The position numbers and the translations under genes are program-made. Under the pieces are notes generated by a model that was not told the origin of the DNA, searched no databases, and saw only the letters and a program-made list of their open reading frames with translations. From a bacterium (lineage in GTDB: Bacteria > UBA10199 > 2-02-FULL-50-16 > JAJFLM01): DNA of 64,000 nucleotides. Numbering within the stretch: the stretch's first letter is position 1; the number at the start of each line of letters is the position of its first letter. Below are positions 1-9,482 of the stretch, piece after piece. The stretch is from positions 192,001-256,000 of the forward strand of contig CBDCFN010000016.1 in assembly GCA_965216315.1 (NCBI GenBank), written 5' to 3'.

Positions 1-117
1 TACAACGTGTCTTTTACCGGAGCCGAAGCAATAGGGGGCGTTCCGCCGATTCCGCCCCAACCGGCAGGTGCGCCCGAATCAGCTAAAACCGCGCCCAAGA
101 AGAGCGAACAAGGTTAG
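1..117 (+). CDS. Possible 3' end of a CDS entering from outside the window (Pro/Ala-rich tail)
   Basis: Frame 1 is open from base 1 to TAG at 115-117 (YNVSFTGAEAIGGVPPIPPQPAGAPESAKTAPKKSEQG*) and converges on the DUF192 gene stop. Confidence 0.35.
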   Translation, partial: YNVSFTGAEAIGGVPPIPPQPAGAPESAKTAPKKSEQG

Positions 118-566
118 AGTTCAGGCAGGGTCAGTTGGTCGCCGACGGCCAGGTTGATGCGGTCGGAAGTCCCTGCCAGCAATTCAAGCGTATAGAGGTA
201 GGGTTGTTCGGCTGGGATCAGTTCTTCCGAAAAGGGAACCGTGTCTCGATTGATTTGGAGGACGGTGCCGTCACTATCAATATAAATGATATCTAAAGAC
301 GTCGGCGTGTTTTTCATCCAAAAGGCTGAAGTCGTGAGCGCGGGGAAGACAAAGAGCATGCCCTGATCCTTTCCGATGTCTCGACGGTCCATCAAGCCAG
401 CCGCTCGCTTTTGCGGCGTATCCGCAATCTCAACCTGAAAAGTGTGAGTGCCGCTTTGAGTGGTTATGGAGAGGGTCTCAAACGAGTTGCTTCCGCTACT
501 GGAGCAGGCGGCCACAATCATGCCAAGTAGAGCCATATTCAATCGGATTCGTTTTTTAAGTTTCAT
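114..566 (-). CDS. DUF192 family lipoprotein
   Basis: Lipobox IVAAC; DUF192 motifs VEIADT..RAAGLM, GMLFVF, FWMKNT..LDIIYID, LELLAG. Confidence 0.85.
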   Translation of the reverse strand: MKLKKRIRLNMALLGMIVAACSSSGSNSFETLSITTQSGTHTFQVEIADTPQKRAAGLMDRRDIGKDQGMLFVFPALTTSAFWMKNTPTSLDIIYIDSDGTVLQINRDTVPFSEELIPAEQPYLYTLELLAGTSDRINLAVGDQLTLPEL

Positions 567-1372
567 TAGCCTCTCCCGGTCGCTTTGCGTCGCGCCTCTA
601 GCTTGTCGATATGTGATTTCAATGCCGCTGGGTTCGGATAGGTATTGAGAATTTTCTTGTAGGCCTTCAACGCTTCATTCCAATTGCCTAAGTGTTCCAA
701 GCACAGCCCGCGATTGTATTCTGATTCATTTAAGATGGGATCGTTCGGAAATTTTTTGGCAATTTGCCCATAATATTTCTGAGCCTTTTTGAATTGACGG
801 TCATGAAAATAGATTTCACCCATTTGAAAGAGGGCTTTTGCCGTCCAGGGACTGTTCTCGTACTCTTTGATGAATTTTTCCAATTCAAGTTTCGCTTGAG
901 AGGTGTCGCCCCTTTTAAGATGGAGGGTGGCGACTTTAAAGTGATACTCGGCCTTTTTTTCCGCCTCAGGAAAGTGTTGCAATAATTCTGAATAGGCGAC
1001 GACCGCGGCGGGCCAGTCTTGCTGTTCCTCCAGGATACGCGCCCGTTCCTGGAAAGCCTTGATGACGTGTTTGTCATGGGGAAATTTTTCAATAAAGTTC
1101 TGATAGGCTTTTAAGGCCCGGTCAGGCTGTTGAAGAGTGACGTAATAGAGATTTGCTATTTCAAGGTGAACGGTGGCGGCTTCTCGATGGTTTGGATATT
1201 TATTGAGCGCCTTTTCGTAAACCGTGATAGCCTCGGTACTGCGTTTTTCCGATTGAAGCGATTTGGCCAGGCTTATGTGCTCATCCCAAGAGGCGGCGCA
1301 AGCCACGCAGGCTATGGCGCAGAAGCCAAGTAGGGCTAGTCTAAGCGTCTTCGTTGTTGTTTTGTGTGTCAT
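566..1372 (-). CDS. TPR-repeat exported protein (YbgF/CpoB- or BamD-like)
   Basis: Signal-like N-terminus from MTHKTT (ATG at 1372); repeated TPR motifs (KYPNH, KFPHD, HFPEA, KFPND). Confidence 0.75.
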   Translation of the reverse strand: MTHKTTTKTLRLALLGFCAIACVACAASWDEHISLAKSLQSEKRSTEAITVYEKALNKYPNHREAATVHLEIANLYYVTLQQPDRALKAYQNFIEKFPHDKHVIKAFQERARILEEQQDWPAAVVAYSELLQHFPEAEKKAEYHFKVATLHLKRGDTSQAKLELEKFIKEYENSPWTAKALFQMGEIYFHDRQFKKAQKYYGQIAKKFPNDPILNESEYNRGLCLEHLGNWNEALKAYKKILNTYPNPAALKSHIDKLEARRKATGRG

Positions 1373-3812
1373 CCGACTCGGCGATTTTGGCGACCGCGAC
1401 GACGTTTTCACCGGGTTCCGTGGAGATGAGCCTGACCCCTTGAGTGCTACGCCCTTGGATTGAAATGTCCTTGACCTTCATGCGAATAATCTTGCCGCGA
1501 TCGGTTATTAACATAACCTCGTCTTCGTCATCCACTTGGCAGCAGGAGACGACCGGCCCGTTCTTATCGACAATTTTCATTCCAATCATTCCGCTGCCAC
1601 CACGACCCTGCGGTCGAAAATCTTCGATCGGGGTTCGTTTGCCGTAACCCTTTTCACTGACGACCAAGATCGTATTCTTCTGGCCTTCCATGCCCTGACG
1701 GAGTACCTCGATGCCGACAACGGCGTCGCCCTTTTTGCCTAGCTTCATGCCACGCACCCCGCGAGCGGAGCGTCCCATTCCGCGGACCACACTTTCGGAG
1801 AAGCGAATGGCCTGGCCGGCGCGGGTCATCATGAAAATATCTTGTTCGCCATCCGTCAACTCAGCTTTGATGAGCTGGTCATCATTGTCAATGCCGAGTG
1901 CAATAATCCCCGAGGCCCTCGGTTTGGAGTAGGCCATCAAGTCCGTCTTTTTGACGATACCTTGTTGGGTCGTAAAGAGAATGTAGGCTCCTTCCGTGAA
2001 CTCGCGCACAGCCATGACAGCAGCCAATTTTTCATCGCCGGCCATGTTGATAAGATTGGCGATTGATTTTCCTCGTGCCGTGCGCCCAACCTGAGGGATT
2101 TCGTGGACCTTGATCCAGAAGAGCCGCCCTTTGTTAGTAAACGCCAGCATATAGCTGTGAGTTGAGGCAATATAGATATTGGTGACAAAATCTTCTTCTT
2201 TGACGGAGATTCCCATCTTGCCGCGCCCCCCACGCCGTTGGGCACGGTAAATACTGATCGGATTTCGTTTAATGTACCCTGAGTGCGAAAGGGTCACGAC
2301 CATGTCTTCTTCGGCGATCAGGTCCTCGACGGACAAATCTTCCGCTTTACCCTGGATTTCCGTGCGCCGTTCATCCCCATATTCTTTTTTGAGTTCGGTG
2401 AGCTCATCAACGATGATCTTGAGCACCTTTTTTTCATCGGCCAGGATGGCCTTGAGTTCGGCGATGAGTTTTTGAATTTCTTTGTACTCGGCAATGATCT
2501 TATCCCGTTCGAGTGCTGTCAGGCGCTGGAGGCGCATATCCAGGATGGCCTGCGCCTGCTTTTCGCTCATTTTGAATTTCTTCATCAGGCCGGCACGGGC
2601 CTCGACCGGGCTCTTGGAGCCCCGGATGAGCTTGATAACGGCATCGAGGTTGTCGAGCGCAATTTTGAGGCCTTCAAGGATGTGGAGGCGTTCCTCAGCC
2701 TTGCGTAGCTCAAACGTTGTCCGCTTAATAATGACGTCTTTTCTGTGTTCGATAAAGAGTTCTAAGATTTGCTTGAGATTGAGGACCCGCGGTTGTCCGC
2801 CAACGATGGCGAGTAGAATCGTTCCGAATGTGGACTGCATGGCGGTGTGCTTGTAGAGTTGGTTGAGCAGCACTCCGGCGACCGTGCCTTTTTTGAGCTC
2901 GACGACGATACGCATGCCGTCTTTGTCCGATTCATCCCGCAGATCGGAGATTCCTTCAATCTTGCCGGCCTGAACCAGCTGAGCAATTTTTTCGATGAGC
3001 CGCGCTTTATTCACCTGAAAGGGGATTTCGGTGATGATAATCGATTCACGGTCACCGCGGGCCATGGGTTCGATCATGGCGCGGGCACGCATCGTGATGA
3101 TGCCGCGGCCCGTTTCGTAGGCCTTTTTTATCCCTTCACGCCCGCTGATGATCGCGCCCGTCGGAAAGTCGGGGCCGGGGATTTTTTTCATCAAATCTTT
3201 AATCGTGGCATCGGGTTTCCCAATGAGTAGGATGAGGGCATCAACGAGTTCACCCAAGTTGTGCGGGGGAACCTTGGTCGCCATGCCGACCGCGATTCCA
3301 TCGGAGCCGTTGAGCAAAAAGTTAGGGACTTTGCTGGGGAGCACCGTCGGTTCGACGGTCGATTCATCAAAATTAGGGGTAAAAGAGACGGTTTCTTTGT
3401 CGATATCGGCCAGCATCTGCTCAGCGAGCGACATGAGGCGCGCCTCAGTGTATCGATAGGCCGCCGCAGAGTCTCCATCGATGCTCCCGAAATTTCCCTG
3501 CCCATCGATTAAGGGATAGCGCATATTCCAGCTTTGGGCCATACGGACCAGCGAGTCGTAGACGGCCATGTCGCCATGCGGGTGGTATTTTTTTAGGACT
3601 TCACCGACGACACCGGCGCACTTCGAATAACGGCGATTGGAGAGGAGCCCCTCCCGGTACATCGCATACAAGATGCGTCGATGGACCGGCTTGAGGCCAT
3701 CGCGCACATCCGGAATCGCGCGCCCAATGATGACACTCATGGCGTAGTCCAGATAGGACTCACGCATTTCATCTTCGATATTGATCGGGATTATTTCCGC
3801 TGATTTCGCCAT
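1341..3812 (-). CDS. gyrA: DNA gyrase subunit A
   Basis: [25 protein letters not shown], catalytic AYRYTEAR, GyrA-box QRRGGRG, C-terminal pinwheel repeats. Confidence 0.97.
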   Translation of the reverse strand: MAKSAEIIPINIEDEMRESYLDYAMSVIIGRAIPDVRDGLKPVHRRILYAMYREGLLSNRRYSKCAGVVGEVLKKYHPHGDMAVYDSLVRMAQSWNMRYPLIDGQGNFGSIDGDSAAAYRYTEARLMSLAEQMLADIDKETVSFTPNFDESTVEPTVLPSKVPNFLLNGSDGIAVGMATKVPPHNLGELVDALILLIGKPDATIKDLMKKIPGPDFPTGAIISGREGIKKAYETGRGIITMRARAMIEPMARGDRESIIITEIPFQVNKARLIEKIAQLVQAGKIEGISDLRDESDKDGMRIVVELKKGTVAGVLLNQLYKHTAMQSTFGTILLAIVGGQPRVLNLKQILELFIEHRKDVIIKRTTFELRKAEERLHILEGLKIALDNLDAVIKLIRGSKSPVEARAGLMKKFKMSEKQAQAILDMRLQRLTALERDKIIAEYKEIQKLIAELKAILADEKKVLKIIVDELTELKKEYGDERRTEIQGKAEDLSVEDLIAEEDMVVTLSHSGYIKRNPISIYRAQRRGGRGKMGISVKEEDFVTNIYIASTHSYMLAFTNKGRLFWIKVHEIPQVGRTARGKSIANLINMAGDEKLAAVMAVREFTEGAYILFTTQQGIVKKTDLMAYSKPRASGIIALGIDNDDQLIKAELTDGEQDIFMMTRAGQAIRFSESVVRGMGRSARGVRGMKLGKKGDAVVGIEVLRQGMEGQKNTILVVSEKGYGKRTPIEDFRPQGRGGSGMIGMKIVDKNGPVVSCCQVDDEDEVMLITDRGKIIRMKVKDISIQGRSTQGVRLISTEPGENVVAVAKIAESDDTQNNNEDA

Positions 3813-3855
3813 AATTAAGAGCGCTGAAACTAGTTCGCTAGGGGCGGGAAGTCAA

Positions 3856-3872
3856 TTCAAAACGCGTGCCAA
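3856..3872 (-). promoter_or_regulatory. Candidate sigma54 (-24/-12) promoter upstream of gyrA
   Basis: Minus strand reads TTGGCACGCGTTTTGAA: GG-N10-GA with a good -24 box and a variant -12 box, 44 nt upstream of the gyrA ATG. Confidence 0.4.
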
Positions 3873-4142
3873 CCGCGGGGGCAAGGAATGCATTCTAGCC
3901 GGTGTTTATGCGGCTTTGCGGCAGGTTTCGCCGTGCAATTTTTTTGGATTTTTTAGCGGTTCTCGGCTTGACTTTGCAGGGGCATTGCTCTTACATGCGG
4001 GCTGTAGCCATGAGCACGCCGCTAATATACAGCTGGCAACGCTTTGCGGGAATCTCCTGCCTGGGGATTTCTGAAATTTCTCAACAGTTTCAAGCAACTT
4101 CGTTATGCAACATCCAACCAAAAGAAAAAGAGGGGTAAAGCT

Positions 4143-4415
4143 ATGACTAAGGCAGAACTCATTGAAAGAGTCTCCAAGGACTGTAAGTGCTCCAAGGCAC
4201 TCGCAGAAAAGTCGATTAATTCGGTAACAGATAACATTACGCGTGCCCTTAAGAAGGGACAAAAAATCACCTTAACGGGTTTTGGTACATTTAACGTCAC
4301 CCGTCGTAAGGCGCGAAAAGGACGTAATCCGCAGACAGGTGCGGTCATCCAGATCAAGGCCCAGCGGGTTCCTAAATTCCGTCCCGGTAAAGAATTGCGC
4401 GAATCTGTCAGTTAG
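4143..4415 (+). CDS. hup: Histone-like DNA-binding protein HU
   Basis: MTKAELIE...GFGTF..RKARKGRNPQTG..I.IKA..VPKFRPGKEL; purine-rich RBS before ATG 4143. Confidence 0.95.
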   Translation: MTKAELIERVSKDCKCSKALAEKSINSVTDNITRALKKGQKITLTGFGTFNVTRRKARKGRNPQTGAVIQIKAQRVPKFRPGKELRESVS

Positions 4416-4420
4416 TTTTA

Positions 4421-4463
4421 GAGAAAAAACGGAGAAGGCGTCCTCTCGGCTAGGGGGCGCCTT
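4421..4463. terminator. Intrinsic terminator hairpin between convergent HU and ferredoxin genes
   Basis: Stem AAGGCGTCCTCT / AGGGGGCGCCTT (4435-4463) with an A-run on the left, which is a U-tail for the minus strand. Confidence 0.6.
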
Positions 4464-5160
4464 ACGCCGCTACTTCGTTAGCGTTCGCCTTTTTGACGAC
4501 GACCTCAAGGACCTTGTTTGTCGGGTCATATTTGTGGCTCACCGATTCGCAAGGGAAGGGCATCTCAAAATTCCGCAAAAAACGATCAGGGAATGAATTG
4601 GCGACGTTACAGAGCTTTTTGACCCGGGCATTCTCGAGTATCGCTTTAACCCGTAAGATATTATTTTCTAATGAGACCTCAATGGCATAATCCGGCATTT
4701 TGTTCGGAAGGCCCCATTTGAACTTGAACGGGTGATTTGGAACCTCCTCCGGCATGGCGAATTTTACGTGGTACTCCGTGACCGTCTCATCAATGGTATA
4801 GGCGAGGCCATAGCGTTTCATGCGTTCCCATTCGTTTTCCGGTAAATCCTTTACTTCGGCCCAGCGGATTTCCCAGGGCCGGTCATCTTCGAGTTCGATC
4901 GGGGCTTCTTCTTCCGCGACCTCGAGATCCTCAGGGGGTGGCGGCATCTCGCCTTTAATAAGGCTGATCGCATCGACGGGGCAGACGGTGACGATATCCC
5001 AGGGATTGAAGGTTCCCTTGGGCGTGGGGGCATAGGCCTCGGCGCGCGTATGATCCGCATCCATTTTAAAGATATCAGGAAAATCATCACAGCAGGCATC
5101 ACAGGCGATGCAGGCGTCACTGACGTAATATTCTTCCATTTCGGCAGTTTGGTCGGCCAT
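4462..5160 (-). CDS. 4Fe-4S ferredoxin fused to a C-terminal alpha-crystallin/HSP20-like domain
   Basis: CIACDACC...CPVDAIS ferredoxin motif; C-terminal FLRNFEMP...KYDP..VLEVVVKK resembles the HSP20 beta-sandwich; start ATG 5160 preceded by GGAGA. Confidence 0.65.
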   Translation of the reverse strand: MADQTAEMEEYYVSDACIACDACCDDFPDIFKMDADHTRAEAYAPTPKGTFNPWDIVTVCPVDAISLIKGEMPPPPEDLEVAEEEAPIELEDDRPWEIRWAEVKDLPENEWERMKRYGLAYTIDETVTEYHVKFAMPEEVPNHPFKFKWGLPNKMPDYAIEVSLENNILRVKAILENARVKKLCNVANSFPDRFLRNFEMPFPCESVSHKYDPTNKVLEVVVKKANANEVAA

Positions 5161-5299
5161 GGTATTTCTCCCGTAGGGAGCGTGATTTATCACGCCTGTC
5201 ATTGATGGGCGCAATGAATTGCGCCCCTACATGCCACCTTATAAAGATGGCACATTTTCTTGTCAACAGGCCCAAAACAAGCCACAAAACCCCCTTAAT

Positions 5300-8080
5300 A
5301 TGTCGATGATCAACTGGTCCAACCTGAAACGGCGCGATTATGCGAGCCGCTATGCGCGTTTTTTGGCCCGTTACCCCGGTTGGGTCATGACCGTCTTACT
5401 GTCTCTGACGGCCCTATCCCTGCTTGTCGCAATCGAATGGCTTCAAACCGATCATTCCGCGACGGCGATGTTTGCGCCGGAGAGTCAGGCGATGCAGCTC
5501 TATAAAGAATATACGGATGAATTTGGTGAGCCGGATGATCTGATTGTCGTCGCTGAGCATGGGACCCGCCAACAGCGGCAGGAATTTATGCAGTTGCTTG
5601 CCCATCGCTTGGAACAAGAGCCTCTCGAAAAGATCAGTAATATTTTGTTTCAAATCCCGGTTCGCTCATTTGCAACCCTGCTGTTTGCTCCCGACGAAGA
5701 AGTCGATGAAATTCGCGCATGGGTGGATGATGAGGACCATATCGTCAATCGTTTGCTCGCGACTCCCAATTTGGAGGGTTTCCTCGGGAGTATCGCGGAT
5801 CGATTTGAGCAAGACCTGCAAGAGGAGAGCATTAAGACCGATCCGGCCCCTTTTTTTAAGGATGGGGCTCGCTTGATGCCGGCCTTTACCGAGACGTTGA
5901 AGTCTCCCCATGCCGAAGCCGGGCCCATCCTCCTGCGTTGGGGCAGTCAGATTTTCGACAAATTCGAAGAGGCGGATGAAAAGGGTTATCTGGTTGCGGA
6001 TGGAGGCCGTCTCCATCTCATGTTTATCAAGCCTGCGGATGCCACCGGTGACACGCAAAAAGCCCGCGAACTCGTCGATATCGTGCGGGATCACATTGAC
6101 GTCTTGGCGCCTGAATATAAGGAAATGTCCGTCGGCCTGACGGGTCAACCTGCCCTGACTTATGACGAGTTTGTTGTTTCCGAGCGGGACATGTTGTGGG
6201 CGACCTTGTTTGCCCTGTTTACGACGGCGTTGATTTTTTTATTGGCCTTCCGCAATTTTGCCCATCCATTTTACGGCTTTAGTTGCCTGGTCATGAGTGT
6301 ATGCCTGACCTTCGGGTTGACGACGGTCACGATAGGGCATCTCAATCTCATTTCGTTAAGTTTTGCCGTCATCCTCATCGGCCTCGGGACGCAGTATGGT
6401 GTGCATATTATCGCCCGTTACGAAGAGGAACGCTCCCGGGGACGATCGATTCCCGAGGCGATGGAAATTCTCGTCAGGCAAACGGTGCCGAGCCTGTTAA
6501 TCGGCGCGTTAACGACATCGGCCGCCTTTTATGCCACCATGCTGATCAAGTTTCGCGGTTTCCGCGAATTGGCCTTCATTGCCGGTTCCGGTGTCTTGAT
6601 CTGCTTTGTGATTATGAGTTTTGCTTTGCCTGCTTTTCTTTCCTGGCATGACCGTCACCGCGAAGTGAAACAGAAACAAAGGCGCGGCTGGCCGTTGGCC
6701 CCACAACTCCGGACGGGAGTCAGTCGCTTTTACGTAGGATCGGTTACCCGCTTTCCCAAACTGTTATTAGCCGGGTCCGGTTTAATTTCGGTCTTGGCTG
6801 TATTCTTGTATTTGGAGTGGGGGCCTTTTCCCTATTTTGATTACAATCTGCTGAATTTGCAGGCGAAAGATGTCGAATCGGTCCAGTTTGAAAAACGCTT
6901 GATGGAAACGCATGTGTCGCCACGTTTCGCCATTTATCAGGCTCATTCTCAGAATGAAGCCAAGGAAATTATTGCCAAGCTGGAATCACGGCCGGAGATC
7001 GGCAAGGTGGAAAGTTTGTATACCTTGATGCCGAGCTACACTTTAGAGAAGCTGGAGAAGGTGCGGTATATTGGCCATGCCCTCCATAGTCGCCTTAGTT
7101 TTGGTAACCGTCCTACCGATCCGGCAGCAGTTGTGGCGGCGTTGAAGCGTTTGCAGGATCTCTTCGCTGACGTGGAAGAGAAGCTGTTTGCCGGGGGCTA
7201 CGTGGAGGCCTTGCATCATGCCGGGGAGATCAGCGCTTCACTGGCGGAGGCCCATCAGGCGGTGGCTTCGCTTTCTGAAGACGAGGGGGTGCGGCGCCTC
7301 AATCGGATACAGGAAAGTCTCGGCAACGAACTCGCCGAAATTGTCAAAGCGGAAAGTGAACGCGATGTGGGCGGGCTCGGCACGAACATCCCTTCCTCCC
7401 TGCGGGATCGTTTTTTGAGCCCCAATTATGTCTATGCCATCTACGCCTACCCGGCCCATTCAATCTGGAATCGCGAAGGGCTTCGATCTTTCGTGCAGGC
7501 GTTGGAGGGCATTTCCGACCGTTTCTCGGGACCGCCGCTGCAGATGTACGAGGCGCTTAGTGCGATGGATAGTGGCTGGTATCGTTCGGCACTCTTTGCA
7601 GCGATTGCGATTTTTATCTTGTTTCTCATCGATTTCAGGAGTCTGCGCTGGTCCTTAATCGCGACCGTGCCCTTATTGTGCGGGCTGACCTGGATTTACG
7701 GGGGGATGGCGCTCTTCAACATCCAATGGAACATCGTGAATCTCATTGCTTTGCCCTTGGTGTTGGGTATCGGGGCGGACTGTGGTATTCATTTGATTCA
7801 CCGGTACCGAGAACAACAGGCCCAGGATGTGTCGTTTGTGTTGAGTAGTACGGGTAAGGCGGTGACGGTCGCCTACTCGGATACGATCACGAGCTTTTTC
7901 GGACTTGCGATCGCAAGCCATCAGGGGCTCGCGAGTCTGGGGCGCGTGATTATTTGGGGGATTTTTTGCTGCTATCTCGCGGGCATGATCGTCTTGCCGG
8001 CCTTGCTGGCCGCGTGGCCGGTCCAAGCCGCCAAAGCAAAACAAGAGAAGGAGCAGGCCGATGACGCAAGCAACGACTGA
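5300..8080 (+). CDS. MMPL/RND family transporter, HpnN-like (hopanoid/lipid export)
   Basis: Two repeats of a large periplasmic loop plus TM block; GLTGQPAL..DE, LNLISLSFAVILIGLG, GIGADCGIHLIHR, ASHQGLASLG. Confidence 0.8.
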   Translation: MSMINWSNLKRRDYASRYARFLARYPGWVMTVLLSLTALSLLVAIEWLQTDHSATAMFAPESQAMQLYKEYTDEFGEPDDLIVVAEHGTRQQRQEFMQLLAHRLEQEPLEKISNILFQIPVRSFATLLFAPDEEVDEIRAWVDDEDHIVNRLLATPNLEGFLGSIADRFEQDLQEESIKTDPAPFFKDGARLMPAFTETLKSPHAEAGPILLRWGSQIFDKFEEADEKGYLVADGGRLHLMFIKPADATGDTQKARELVDIVRDHIDVLAPEYKEMSVGLTGQPALTYDEFVVSERDMLWATLFALFTTALIFLLAFRNFAHPFYGFSCLVMSVCLTFGLTTVTIGHLNLISLSFAVILIGLGTQYGVHIIARYEEERSRGRSIPEAMEILVRQTVPSLLIGALTTSAAFYATMLIKFRGFRELAFIAGSGVLICFVIMSFALPAFLSWHDRHREVKQKQRRGWPLAPQLRTGVSRFYVGSVTRFPKLLLAGSGLISVLAVFLYLEWGPFPYFDYNLLNLQAKDVESVQFEKRLMETHVSPRFAIYQAHSQNEAKEIIAKLESRPEIGKVESLYTLMPSYTLEKLEKVRYIGHALHSRLSFGNRPTDPAAVVAALKRLQDLFADVEEKLFAGGYVEALHHAGEISASLAEAHQAVASLSEDEGVRRLNRIQESLGNELAEIVKAESERDVGGLGTNIPSSLRDRFLSPNYVYAIYAYPAHSIWNREGLRSFVQALEGISDRFSGPPLQMYEALSAMDSGWYRSALFAAIAIFILFLIDFRSLRWSLIATVPLLCGLTWIYGGMALFNIQWNIVNLIALPLVLGIGADCGIHLIHRYREQQAQDVSFVLSSTGKAVTVAYSDTITSFFGLAIASHQGLASLGRVIIWGIFCCYLAGMIVLPALLAAWPVQAAKAKQEKEQADDASND

Positions 8081-9482
8081 CGAAATCAAGCGAGTTTATA
8101 CGGCTCAACAGGCCAATCGTTGGCAGCTCGCCCAGAGCCGTGCCAGCGAGCGCATCAAAAAACTCAAACGCATTCGCGAGGCCATTTTTGCTCGGCGTGA
8201 GGAAATACAACAGGCGATCTACGATGACTTTCAAAAGAATCCGGGGGAAACGGATCTGACGGAAATCTATCCGACGATTGCGGAGCTCAATCACACGATC
8301 AGTCATTTGCGCCGGTGGATGCGGCCCAAGCGGGTCGGGACACCTTTAACTTTGTTCGGCACGACGAGTGAAGTGCATTATGAGGCCAAAGGTTTGGTGC
8401 TGGTGCTCTCGCCCTGGAATTATCCGTTTCAACTGCTCATGGTCCCGATGATCACGGCTTTGGCTGCGGGGAATGCCGTTATTCTGAAGCCGTCGAGCAA
8501 GGTTCCGCATACCTCGGCGTTTCTGAAGCAATTTATCAGCGATCTTTTTCCCGAGAACGAAGTCGCCTTGTTTGAGGGGCCGGCATCAGTCGCGGACGCC
8601 TTGCTCGAACTGAGGTTCGATCACATCTTTTTTACCGGAAGTCCGCCGATTGGGAAAAAGATCATGGCAAAAGCAGCCACTCATTTGACGCCGGTGACGC
8701 TCGAATTGGGCGGCAAGTCGCCGGTCATTATCGACGAGACCGCTGATATTAAAAAGGCGGCCGAGCGGGTGATGTGGGGCAAGTTCATTAATGCCGGTCA
8801 AACCTGTGTCGCTCCCGATTATCTGTTAATCCACGAGAGTCATTTGGAATCGTTTGTGGAGGCGTCCCAGCAGGTCATTGCGGAACGTTACGGTGTGTCG
8901 GCGGGAGAACAGGAGTCGAGCGGTGACTACTGCCGCATGGTGAGCCAAGGGCATCTCGAAGGGCTCAAACGCGTGTTGGCTGCGGCCGTTGAAGCCGGGG
9001 CCAAGCTGGAGTTCGGGGGGCAGACCGACGACGAGGCGCGCTATCTCGCACCGACGCTGCTCTCCAACGTGAAAGATGACTCACCGATCATGCAGGAAGA
9101 AATCTTCGGGCCGATCTTGCCGATTATTACCTTCCGTTCGTTGGCTGAGGCCTTCGATATCATTCATAAACGGGAGAAACCGCTGGCCCTCTACATCTTT
9201 TCGCACAAACGGGCCCACATTGAAAAAATACTCAAAAACACGACGGCCGGGGGGACGTGCATCAACAGTCTCATCATCCATCTCGCCAATAACGATCTGC
9301 CCTTTGGTGGGGTGGGCCACAGTGGGATGGGGAATTACCATGGCTTTTATGGGTTCCGTGCCTTGTCGCACGAACGAGCCGTCTTGCGTCAAGGGGCGAT
9401 CGATACGCTGAAGATGTTTTATCCGCCTTATACGAAGCGGGTGAAGCAGATGATCCAGATGGCGATTAAGTATCTAGGATGA
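8061..9482 (+). CDS. Aldehyde dehydrogenase (family 3, fatty/coniferyl aldehyde type)
   Basis: PWNYP, FTGS, LELGGKSP, NAGQTCVAPDY, EEIFGP, PFGGVGHSGMG. Confidence 0.93.
   Translation: MTQATTDEIKRVYTAQQANRWQLAQSRASERIKKLKRIREAIFARREEIQQAIYDDFQKNPGETDLTEIYPTIAELNHTISHLRRWMRPKRVGTPLTLFGTTSEVHYEAKGLVLVLSPWNYPFQLLMVPMITALAAGNAVILKPSSKVPHTSAFLKQFISDLFPENEVALFEGPASVADALLELRFDHIFFTGSPPIGKKIMAKAATHLTPVTLELGGKSPVIIDETADIKKAAERVMWGKFINAGQTCVAPDYLLIHESHLESFVEASQQVIAERYGVSAGEQESSGDYCRMVSQGHLEGLKRVLAAAVEAGAKLEFGGQTDDEARYLAPTLLSNVKDDSPIMQEEIFGPILPIITFRSLAEAFDIIHKREKPLALYIFSHKRAHIEKILKNTTAGGTCINSLIIHLANNDLPFGGVGHSGMGNYHGFYGFRALSHERAVLRQGAIDTLKMFYPPYTKRVKQMIQMAIKYLG

Noticed and set aside
1341..3812. parC
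   Set aside because: The GyrA-box QRRGGRG is present.
4034..4047. sigma54 promoter for HU (TGGCAACGCTTTGC)
   Set aside because: GG-GC spacing is 9 nt, not the required 10.
5284..5309. sigma28-like promoter before the MMPL gene
   Set aside because: Spacer is one base short, the -35 box is ACAAA, and the -10 box overlaps the probable start codon.
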